Program-made: the position numbers and the translations under genes
Part shown: in pieces, positions 9,601 through 17,642 of the stretch
How positions within the stretch are numbered: the first letter of the stretch is position 1
Layout: the number at the start of each line of letters is the position of its first letter
Assembly: GCA_963717495.1 (NCBI GenBank)
Contig: OY970339.1
Coordinates: forward strand, 2,551,798-2,615,797
Origin: an uncultured Solirubrobacterales bacterium
GTDB taxonomy: Bacteria > Actinomycetota > Thermoleophilia > Solirubrobacterales > 70-9
Direction: 5' to 3'
DNA: 64,000 bases
The notes under the pieces: generated by a model
The model's input: the letters and a program-made list of their open reading frames with translations, nothing else
Databases searched by the model: none
Told to the model about the DNA's origin: nothing

Positions 9601-10777
9601 TCTCTATGAGTTCGATGCAACCGCCGAGCCACCCGCTTCGCACCTCATCGCCGAAAAGGTGCAAGTTCCCATTCCGGGTGGTAATGGAAGTAAGGCGTAC
9701 GGAAGTATTCTTGGCGCCAGCAATGATCTCTCTCGAATCTTCTTTGCCTCCGAAGAAGCTTCCTCCGCCGCAGAAGCTGAAGGGGCTGAGAAAGGCGAAG
9801 CAAATATCTACTTCTATAATGCTGGCGCCACCCGCTTTGTCGGTGCCCTCTCGACTGCGGACCTGGGCACCACCAACAACTACGGGAGTTCAATAAGGGC
9901 TCAGCCATTTAAGCGTACTGCACGGGTCAGTGCGGATGGCTGGTCGGCGGTATTCATGTCGAGCAGTAAAAGCACGAGCGAATCGGTGGGTTACGACAAC
10001 ACGGATGCGCTGAGCGGCGAACCCGATGCAGAGGTCTATCTCTACGATGCGAGGGCGGAAGGGCAAGCGGGGAAACTGCGTTGCGTGTCATGTAACCCTA
10101 CGGGTGCGCGGCCTCAGGGACGAGAAATTGCCAGTGGCCTTAATGGCCTACCCGGTCCCTGGGGTGCTGCCACTGTTCCCCCGTTCGAGACCCAGCTTTA
10201 CCAGTCTCGCTATCTATCTGACGATGGTAACCGAGTCTTTTTCAACAGCGTCGATGCTCTGGTTCTAGGCGATACCAACGGTAGGGAGGATGTCTATCAA
10301 TGGGAGTCGCCGGGTTCTGGGAACTGCAGTCTCCAACACTCCTCCTACACCGCTTCTTCGGAAGGCTGTCTCAACCTGATCTCCTCTGGGCAAAGCCCTG
10401 CCGACTCCCATTTTCTCGACGCTAGCCCAACCGGATCGGACGTCTTTTTCACCACCGTCGAGAGTCTCTTAGTCCAGGACTACGGCCTGATTGACGTCTA
10501 TGACGCCCGCGTTAACGGCGGTTTCCCGCCGCCACCGAACTCCGCGGCGGCCTGCGAAGGTGAAGCCTGTCAAGGCCCGCTTGAAGCGCCCAACGATCCG
10601 ACTCCAGCGTCGGCCGCCTTCCGGGGTGCCGGCAACGTCAAGGAGCCGGATAAGGCCCGCTGCGCCAAGGGCAAGGCCCGGCGCAAAGGTCGCTGCGTTG
10701 CCAAAAAACGCCACAAGCGCTCTAACGGGAGCGCTACTAAGCATCGAGCCAACGACACCCGGAGGGTAGGACGATGA
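6647..10777 (+). CDS. Giant secreted protein: NHL-type beta-propeller, 3 tandem FN3/Ig-like modules, PD40/TolB-like repeat region and a basic Cys-flanked tail
   Basis: - 1376-aa ORF with RBS aaggagag before the GTG. A signal-like segment [23 protein letters not shown] is present; GTG 6770 is an alternative start.
- Six NHL-like blades (e.g. '[18 protein letters not shown]', '[17 protein letters not shown]').
- Three ~95-aa repeats (nt ~7706-8569), each ending in YH[FYW]R[ILV]VATN.
- Repeated '[LV]S.DG..V[FV]F' PD40-like motifs.
- C-terminal '[20 protein letters not shown]'. Confidence 0.8.
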   Translation: [1376 protein letters not shown]

Positions 10778-13719
10778 GCAAGCGACTCGCACGAGTGGTG
10801 TTTTTGGCGAGCCTCTCCCTCGCAGCGAGCGCCGCCCTTTTCGCGGGCACGGCCTTGGCGGCCTTTGGCATTGAAGACTTCGATGTCGCCTACACCAACG
10901 CGGATGGCTCACCTGCGACCCAGGCAGGGTCCCATCCCTTCCAGATGACCACCTCGGTGCATTTCAATCTGCGCGACTCCGAACATGCAGAGGGAGCGTT
11001 TAAGGATGGGACCTTCGAACAGATCGCAGGTTTGGTCGCCGACCCCACCGCAGCTCCGCGTTGCTCGGCCGTTGATTTCGTCACCCTGATAAAAGGGGAA
11101 CGTGTCACCCTCTGTCCCAATATGACTGCGGTTGGAGCGGCCGCGACCGAATTAAACCCGGGTGGAAAGCAGTACAGTGCTGTCTATAATCTCGAGCCAC
11201 CGCCTGGTGTGGCCCTGAAACTTGGCTTTATCGCTTACAACACCCCGGTCACGATCGAAGTAGGGCTCAAGCAGTCCTACCCATACAACGGCACCGCTGT
11301 TGTTGTCAACCTTCCTCAGACCGCTAACATTCTCAATTCGATTATTACTCTTTGGGGGAATCCAGCAGATCCCGCTCACGACCCTTTCCGAGGAGCGTGC
11401 GTACAGGCTGCCGAAGCCAGCGGCCCACAGCAGAACCAAACCGAATATCCGGAACTTCCTTCGTTTGGGGAATGCCATATCAATACTCCAGCAGTGCCCT
11501 TCCTCACCCTGCCCCGTGCCTGTGAGGGCCCCCTCGCCACCACCTTCGCCGTTGACTCCTGGGAAAATCCCGGTGCGAGCTTGCCCAATGGCGAACCGGA
11601 CCTTGCCGACCCCGCTTGGGTCTCGGGCTCGGTCGTCACCCATGACGACGCCACCCCACCCAACCCCCAAGGCATGACCGGCTGCGCCAAACTCGGCTTC
11701 AGCCCGACTATCAAGGCGCAACCCACGACCAAAGCCGCCCAGTCGCCCTCCGGCCTCGACTTCTCCCTCGACGTCAAGGACGAAGGCCTGACCAGCCCTA
11801 CCGGCCTGGCCAACTCCGACATCAAGAAGACCGTCGTCACCCTCCCCGAGGGCTTCTCCACCAACCCCTCCCTGGCCGAAGGCCTGAACGTCTGCTCTGA
11901 AGCCGACCTGGCCAAGGAGACGCCCTTCTCAGATCCCGGCGCTGGCTGCCCCAATGCCTCCAAGATCGGCACGGTCGAAGTCGAAACGCCGCTGCTGGAT
12001 GAAAACGTCAACGGCTCCCTCTTCATCGCCACCCCCTACGAGAATCAGGCAGGGAGCCTGATCGCCCTCTACCTCGTGATCAAGAACCCGAAGCTCGGCA
12101 TCATCGTCAAGCAGGCGCTGAAGGTCGAAAACGACCCGCTCACCGGCCGCATCACCACCGTCGCCGACAACCTCCCCCAGCTCCCCTTCTCCCACTTCAA
12201 GCTGCACTTCCGCGAGGGAACGAGAAGCCCCCTGGCGACCCCACCCGGCTGCGGCACCTATAACGCCTCCGCCGTCCTGACCCCCTGGGCCGGAGGCTCT
12301 CCGATAACCACCAACTCCGCCTTCCAGATCATCACCGGCCCCAACGCCGGCCCCTGTCCCTCCGGCGGCACCCCGCCCTTCAAACCAGACCTCACCGCCG
12401 GCACGATCAACAACGCCGCCGGCACCTATAGCCCCTTCAACCTCCGTCTCTCCCGCGACGACGGCGAACAGGAGTTCACCCACTTCTCGATCAAGCTGCC
12501 CCCGGGCATCGTCGCCAAGCTGGCCGGCGTGCCCTTCTGCCCCGACACCGCAATTGCCGCGGCCAAAGCAAGGACCGGCCCCCACGGCGGCGCCGAAGAG
12601 CTGGCGAGTCCTTCCTGCCCTGCGGCAAGTGAGATCGGCCGCACCCTCGTCGGCGCCGGCGTCGGTCCAAGCCTCGCCTACGCCCCCGGCAAGGTCTACC
12701 TCGCCGGCCCCTATAACGGCTCCGCTCTAAGCATCGCGGCAATCACCGCCGCCAAGGTCGGCCCCTTCGACCTCGGCACCGTTGTCGTCAGAGAGGCGAT
12801 CAAGATCAACCCCGAAACCGCCGAAGTCTTCATCGACGCCACCGGCTCAGACCCGATCCCCCACATCATCAAAGGCATCCCCGTCCACGCCAGAGACATC
12901 CGCGCCTACGTCGACAAGCCCCAGTTCACGCTCAACCCGACCAGCTGCGAAAGAACCTCGACCGCTTCGACGGTCCTCGGCTCGGGCCTGAACTTCGGCT
13001 CCGAGGCCGACGATCAGCCGATCACGGTCACCTCGCCCTTCCAGGCCGCAGACTGCGCCAGCTTGGGCTTCAAGCCCAAGCTGGCCCTAAACCTCAAAGG
13101 CGCCTCGGGAAGAGGAGGCCACCCGCGCTTCAAAGCGGTCTTGACCCCAAGGAAAGGCGATGCCAACTCCGCCTTTGCCCAGGTCACCCTGCCCCACTCG
13201 GTCTTCCTCGACACCGAACACATCAAAACCATCTGCACCCGGGTCCAGTTCAACTCCGGGGCTTTCCCCGGCGCCAACTGCCCGGCCCAGAGCGTCTACG
13301 GCTACGCCAAAGCGATCACCCCGATCCTCGACGAAGCAGTTCAAGGCCCCGTATTCCTCAGATCCTCCAGCCACAACCTGCCCGACCTGGTCGCCGCCTT
13401 GCACTCCGGCAAGATCGACTTCAACCTCGTCGGCAGAATCGACTCGGTCAAGGGCGGGAGGATCCGCAACACCTTCGAGCTCGTCCCCGACGCCCCCGTC
13501 ACCAAGTTCACCTTGGAAATGCAGGGCGCCAAGAAGGGCTTGCTGGTCAACTCCACCGATCTCTGCAAATCGACCAACCGGGCGATCTCCGACTTCCGGG
13601 GGCAAAACGGGAAGCGCTCGCTGACTCATCCGGAGCTTGTGCCGGATTGTGGGAAGGGACGGAAGGGCAAGGCGAAGGCCAAGCGCTCCTCGGTTCGGCG
13701 GGTCCTTAGCTCCTGGTAA
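10774..13719 (+). CDS. Large secreted protein of unknown function, translationally coupled to the preceding giant
   Basis: ATGA overlap with the upstream stop, with RBS ggaggg. Signal peptide LASLSLAASAALFAGTALAAF. 981 aa and I do not recognise the family. Basic tail 'DCGKGRKGKAKAKRSS'. Confidence 0.8.
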   Translation: MSKRLARVVFLASLSLAASAALFAGTALAAFGIEDFDVAYTNADGSPATQAGSHPFQMTTSVHFNLRDSEHAEGAFKDGTFEQIAGLVADPTAAPRCSAVDFVTLIKGERVTLCPNMTAVGAAATELNPGGKQYSAVYNLEPPPGVALKLGFIAYNTPVTIEVGLKQSYPYNGTAVVVNLPQTANILNSIITLWGNPADPAHDPFRGACVQAAEASGPQQNQTEYPELPSFGECHINTPAVPFLTLPRACEGPLATTFAVDSWENPGASLPNGEPDLADPAWVSGSVVTHDDATPPNPQGMTGCAKLGFSPTIKAQPTTKAAQSPSGLDFSLDVKDEGLTSPTGLANSDIKKTVVTLPEGFSTNPSLAEGLNVCSEADLAKETPFSDPGAGCPNASKIGTVEVETPLLDENVNGSLFIATPYENQAGSLIALYLVIKNPKLGIIVKQALKVENDPLTGRITTVADNLPQLPFSHFKLHFREGTRSPLATPPGCGTYNASAVLTPWAGGSPITTNSAFQIITGPNAGPCPSGGTPPFKPDLTAGTINNAAGTYSPFNLRLSRDDGEQEFTHFSIKLPPGIVAKLAGVPFCPDTAIAAAKARTGPHGGAEELASPSCPAASEIGRTLVGAGVGPSLAYAPGKVYLAGPYNGSALSIAAITAAKVGPFDLGTVVVREAIKINPETAEVFIDATGSDPIPHIIKGIPVHARDIRAYVDKPQFTLNPTSCERTSTASTVLGSGLNFGSEADDQPITVTSPFQAADCASLGFKPKLALNLKGASGRGGHPRFKAVLTPRKGDANSAFAQVTLPHSVFLDTEHIKTICTRVQFNSGAFPGANCPAQSVYGYAKAITPILDEAVQGPVFLRSSSHNLPDLVAALHSGKIDFNLVGRIDSVKGGRIRNTFELVPDAPVTKFTLEMQGAKKGLLVNSTDLCKSTNRAISDFRGQNGKRSLTHPELVPDCGKGRKGKAKAKRSSVRRVLSSW

Positions 13720-13754
13720 GCGTTAGATGAGAGGGCGGGGGAGGCCCGATTCGC

Positions 13755-14513
13755 TTAGCCGACCCCGACCGCCAGCTCCTCGCTGGCCGCCTCGTGACCC
13801 TCGAAAGGCAGCACCAGGAAATACATCATCGACGGCAACAGGGAATCGAGATCGTCGAGTTCACCTTTGCAGAGCCGCGAGTAGAGAAGGGCTTCCACTC
13901 CGCCGACGATTCCCGCCGCGGTGATCGCCGAGTAGGAGGGGGCGTCGGGACAGAGCTCGCGAACCTGCGCGTCGATGCAGGCGCCGAAGTGGTCGAGCAG
14001 CTCGTCGCGACGCTGCACGGCGTCGGGGCTGGCGGCGCGCGCCTCGACGACGAGGGTGCGGGCGGCGTCGGGTTCGCTGGAGGCGAAGTGAAGGAGGGTT
14101 TCCAGACCGAAACGGAGTCGGTCCCGGAGGTTGTCGCCTCCCTTACCGGCGGCGGTGGCCATGCGCTCGCGCAGGCGGGTGGCGGTGACGTCGAAGGCTG
14201 TCAGGAAGCAGTCTTCCTTGTTGGCGAAGTGCTCGTAGAAGGTTGGGCGGGAGACGCCGGCGCGTTCGATCACGTTCTGGACGTTGGCATCCCGGTAGCC
14301 GAGTTCGGAGGCGGCCCGCAGCATCGCCGCGATCAGTCGCTCCCGTTGCACGGCGCTGACCAGGTCGGAGGGAAGCTTGCGAACACCGGACGGGAACTTG
14401 CCGTCGCTGGCGCGCAGCAGCTCGAGGGCGGCGTCGACCTGGGCCGGCGGCCAGTTGTCGCCGATGGCGTCGAGCAACTTTTCCTGACTCAGTTGAATCC
14501 GATCGAATGGCAC
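13755..14513 (-). CDS. TetR family transcriptional regulator (paralog 1)
   Basis: HTH 'ELGYRDANVQNVIERAGVSRPTFYEHFANKEDCFLTAF'. Confidence 0.9.
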   Translation of the reverse strand: MPFDRIQLSQEKLLDAIGDNWPPAQVDAALELLRASDGKFPSGVRKLPSDLVSAVQRERLIAAMLRAASELGYRDANVQNVIERAGVSRPTFYEHFANKEDCFLTAFDVTATRLRERMATAAGKGGDNLRDRLRFGLETLLHFASSEPDAARTLVVEARAASPDAVQRRDELLDHFGACIDAQVRELCPDAPSYSAITAAGIVGGVEALLYSRLCKGELDDLDSLLPSMMYFLVLPFEGHEAASEELAVGVG

Positions 14514-14619
14514 CGAGAAACCTGCCCGTTTCTAATAAGAACGATACGAGTTTCCTTACGGTACCAGAAGAGTCGCTGGCTGGCGGTCACTTTTGTAGCA
14601 CGCCGGTATTCTCTAACCG

Positions 14620-15282
14620 ATGCCATCCCCATCGGCGAGGGGCACGCAGACGAAGCCGGCGCGAGTAAAACCTACCCGGCCACTGCTGCCCAGAGAGTTC
14701 GTCGCGGTGCATAAGCGCCGTCGTGTCATGGATGCGATCGCCGAGCTCAGCGCCGAGCAGGGCTATGAGGCTACATCGATCGCGGACATCGTCCGTCGTG
14801 CCGGCATCGCCCGCAAAACTCTGTATGACAACTTCGAGGGCAAGGAAGAGGTTTTCCTGACGGCGCTCGATGGTGGGATAGAAGAGGCGCTGAGTAGAGC
14901 CGAAGCGGCCTGCGACGCCGCCGGCAACGACTGGCGCGAACGGATCGAGGCCGGCCTCGGCGCCCTTCTCACCTACATCGCCGAGCAGCCGGCCTATGCA
15001 CGGATGTGCATGATCGAGTCGCTCTCGGCGACACCGGCCTCGTCCGCCCGCTACGACCACGCGATCCAGCAGTTCATCGAGCTGCTGCGCCTCAATGCCC
15101 CTTCGGGCAGCGGCCGGCCGGACACGACAGAGGAGACGGTGGTGGGCGGAGCGGCCTGGATCATCAATCAGAAGATCCGTCGCGGCGAAGCCGAGCAGGC
15201 GCTGGATCTATTACCCGAACTCTCCGAGTTCGTCCTCTCTCCGTACCACGGTGTAGAGAATTCAGATTCGGGTACGAGCTGA
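14620..15282 (+). CDS. TetR family transcriptional regulator (paralog 2)
   Basis: HTH 'EQGYEATSIADIVRRAGIARKTLYDNFEGKEEVFLTAL'. The C-terminus is similar to the two neighbours. The start is uncertain. Confidence 0.85.
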   Translation: MPSPSARGTQTKPARVKPTRPLLPREFVAVHKRRRVMDAIAELSAEQGYEATSIADIVRRAGIARKTLYDNFEGKEEVFLTALDGGIEEALSRAEAACDAAGNDWRERIEAGLGALLTYIAEQPAYARMCMIESLSATPASSARYDHAIQQFIELLRLNAPSGSGRPDTTEETVVGGAAWIINQKIRRGEAEQALDLLPELSEFVLSPYHGVENSDSGTS

Positions 15283-15318
15283 CGAAACTGACAGTACGGT
15301 GGCAGACTCCATTCTCAG

Positions 15319-15963
15319 ATGGAGCGCCTTCCCCGCGGACGCCACGGTCTTTCCCCCGAGTTTGTCGCACGAAATCAGCGCGAAAGGCTGATCGCCGGGC
15401 TGACCGAAGTCCTCTACGAGGTGGGTTATCAGAAGACCACTGTGTCGCTGATTGGTCAGCGAGCAGCCGTCTCGAAGAGTGACTTCTACAAGCATTTCGA
15501 GAGTAAGGATGACTGTTTCTTCGCCGCCTACGAAGCGGCGATCGAGCAAATTCGCGAGCAGGTGACCACGGCCTGCTCGCAGCACGATCCGGAGGAATGG
15601 TCGTCGCGGGTGCGGGACGGCATCGCCTCCCTCCTCACCTTTCTTGCCGGCGACCCCGCCCTGGCCAGCCTCTCGCTGGTCGAGGGCCTGCGCGCCGGCC
15701 GCGGCGTCTACGACCGCTACCAGGCAGCGGTCGAGAGCTTCGTGCCTTACCTCCGCGGCGGCGCCCCGACCGCGCCGGACGGCGACGCGGTGCCGGCGGC
15801 GACCGACGAGGCGGTGGTCGGCGGCATCGCCTCGCTACTGGGGCGACGCATCCTCGCCGGCGAGGCGGAGCGGATCGACCAGCTGCTCCCCGACGTGCTC
15901 GAGTTCGCGCTGACGCCTTACCTGGGCGCCGCCCAGGCAAGGCGAATAATCTCTGCGGGATGA
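15319..15963 (+). CDS. TetR family transcriptional regulator (paralog 3)
   Basis: N-terminal 'LPRGRHGLSPEFVARNQRERL' and HTH 'EVGYQKTTVSLIGQRAAVSKSDFYKHFESKDDCFFAAY'. Its stop overlaps the next start (ATGA). Confidence 0.9.
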   Translation: MERLPRGRHGLSPEFVARNQRERLIAGLTEVLYEVGYQKTTVSLIGQRAAVSKSDFYKHFESKDDCFFAAYEAAIEQIREQVTTACSQHDPEEWSSRVRDGIASLLTFLAGDPALASLSLVEGLRAGRGVYDRYQAAVESFVPYLRGGAPTAPDGDAVPAATDEAVVGGIASLLGRRILAGEAERIDQLLPDVLEFALTPYLGAAQARRIISAG

Positions 15964-17135
15964 GCGAGCCGACCCCGGGCGTCTTCCCATCGCAGGAGCT
16001 GAACCGGGCGATCGAGGCGGAGTGGGTCAGCTCCGGCGACTACCGCATCCGTCCTGAGGCAATTCAGCCGGCCAGCATCGACCTCCGCCTCGGCGATTTC
16101 GCCTGGGCCCTGCGCTGCTCCTTCCTGCCGGACGTCGACTCCAGCGTCGAGGAGAAGATCGAGGGGATCGCCTTCCAAAAGGTCGATCTGCGCGACGGTG
16201 CCGTGCTCGAGCGCGACCGGCCCTACCTGGTGCCGCTGATCGAGGAGCTGGCGCTGCCCGAGGACGTGCGGGCCAAGGCCAACCCGAAGAGCTCGACCGG
16301 CCGCCTCGACGTCTTCACCCGCGTCATCACCGACCGGCATCACCGCTTCGACGACATCCGCGCCGGCTATCGCGGCCGGCTCTACCTGGAGATCGTCCCG
16401 CGCTCCTTCGCGATCCAGGTCAAGACCGGCCTCTCGCTCAACCAGCTGCGGCTCTCGCGCGGCGCCGTCCGCCTCGGCGACGCCGAGATCCTCGACCTCC
16501 AAGACTCCTCGCCGCTGCTCTTCCTGGACGCCGAGCCGGTGCCGCGCTCGGACCTGGCGATCTCCGACGGCCTCTTTCTCAGTCTCGACCTCTCCGGCCC
16601 CGCCGACCGCACCGTCGGCTACCGGGCGAAGAAGAACAGCCTGCCGGTCGACCTTTCGCGTGTCCGCGCCTACCGCTGGAGCGACTTCTGGGACCCGGTC
16701 TACCCCGAGCCCGGCGGTCGGGTGGTGCTGGAGCCGGAGATCTTCTATCTATTGCTCTCCGCCGAGGGGGTTTGCATCCCGCCCCGGATCGCCGCCGAGA
16801 TGATGGCCTACGACCCGACCGCGGGCGAGCTGCGCACCCACTACGCCGGCTTCTTCGATCCCGGCTTCGGCTACGACCCCCAGGGCGGCCGCCACGGCAG
16901 CCGCGCCGCGCTGGAGGTGCGCGCCCGCGACGTCTCCTTCATGGTCGAGCACCGCCAGCCGGTCTGCAAGCTCGGCCTCGAGCGCATGGCCGCCCCGGCC
17001 GAGCGCCTCTACGGGGCCAGTCTCGGCTCCAATTACCAAGGCCAGGTGACCATGCTCAGTAAACACTTCGAGGAGCAGATGGCGGGAGGAGGAGGGGGCA
17101 CCCCCTCCGAAACGCTCGGCGGGAGCCTCGCTTGA
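15960..17135 (+). CDS. 2'-deoxycytidine 5'-triphosphate deaminase-like protein (long, two-domain DCD family)
   Basis: Internal ATG at 15960 of track ORF 15597..17135; the upstream part is Arg/Pro-rich read-through of the TetR gene in another frame. 391 aa with 'QPASIDLRLG', 'NPKSSTGRLDVF' and 'HYAGFFDPGFG' (dUTPase-fold/DCD-like motifs). Confidence 0.8.
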   Translation: MSEPTPGVFPSQELNRAIEAEWVSSGDYRIRPEAIQPASIDLRLGDFAWALRCSFLPDVDSSVEEKIEGIAFQKVDLRDGAVLERDRPYLVPLIEELALPEDVRAKANPKSSTGRLDVFTRVITDRHHRFDDIRAGYRGRLYLEIVPRSFAIQVKTGLSLNQLRLSRGAVRLGDAEILDLQDSSPLLFLDAEPVPRSDLAISDGLFLSLDLSGPADRTVGYRAKKNSLPVDLSRVRAYRWSDFWDPVYPEPGGRVVLEPEIFYLLLSAEGVCIPPRIAAEMMAYDPTAGELRTHYAGFFDPGFGYDPQGGRHGSRAALEVRARDVSFMVEHRQPVCKLGLERMAAPAERLYGASLGSNYQGQVTMLSKHFEEQMAGGGGGTPSETLGGSLA

Positions 17136-17626
17136 GTGTTTCGGAGGGGGCGCCCGCCCCCACTCCTCGAACCTGGCTGGTGTATCTGGCTGGGGAGATT
17201 CACTCGGATTGGCGGGAGCGGATCGAAGTGGGGGTGCGGGAGGCTGGCCTGCCGGTCTCCTTCTCGGCTCCGGTCACCGACCACGCCGCCTCCGACGACG
17301 CCGGCACCGGCACCCTGGGCGAGGAGCTTGACCCATTCTGGCGTGACCACAAGGGCGCCGGGGTCAACGCGATCCGTACCCAGACCCATATCCGCGAGGC
17401 CGACCTCGTCGTCGTCCGCTTCGGCGACAAGTACCGGCAGTGGAACGCGGCCTTCGACGCGGGCTTCGCGGCCGCCCTCGGCAAGCCGATCGTCACCGTC
17501 CACGACCCCGATCTGGACCACGCCCTGAAGGAGGTCGACCGTGCCGCCCAAGCGACGGCGCGCGAGTCCGAGCAGGTGGTCGACGTCCTGCGCTACGTCA
17601 TCCGCGGCGAGCTGCCCATCGCCTAG
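17132..17626 (+). CDS. YtoQ family protein (nucleoside 2-deoxyribosyltransferase-like fold)
   Basis: TTGA overlap with the DCD-like stop. 164 aa with 'WLVYLAGEIHSDWRE', 'DHKGAGVNAIRT', 'DLVVVRFGDKYRQWNAAFDAGFAAALGKPIV' and 'ALKEVD', typical of YtoQ. Confidence 0.75.
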   Translation: MSVSEGAPAPTPRTWLVYLAGEIHSDWRERIEVGVREAGLPVSFSAPVTDHAASDDAGTGTLGEELDPFWRDHKGAGVNAIRTQTHIREADLVVVRFGDKYRQWNAAFDAGFAAALGKPIVTVHDPDLDHALKEVDRAAQATARESEQVVDVLRYVIRGELPIA

Positions 17627-17642
17627 GGCATAGGGTGGGCGC

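Noticed and set aside
5905-13754. A tRNA-adjacent genomic island or integrated mobile element: the lower-GC block starts just after tRNA-Ser(CGA).
   Set aside because: There is no integrase, transposase or phage gene. I found no direct repeat of the tRNA 3' end at the far border by eye. The compositional shift is kept as an observation, but a mobile-element call is not supported.
15597-15959. N-terminal extensions of track ORFs: 15597 for the DCD-like gene, 30833 for yrbEA, 33460 for phhB, 40642 for the small secreted protein, 44381 for dnaX, 47231 and 47449 for the GGDEF-like and MerR genes.
   Set aside because: The extended parts are Arg/Pro-rich read-through overlapping upstream genes in another frame. 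Internal starts with RBS-like sequences give proteins of canonical length and N-termini.
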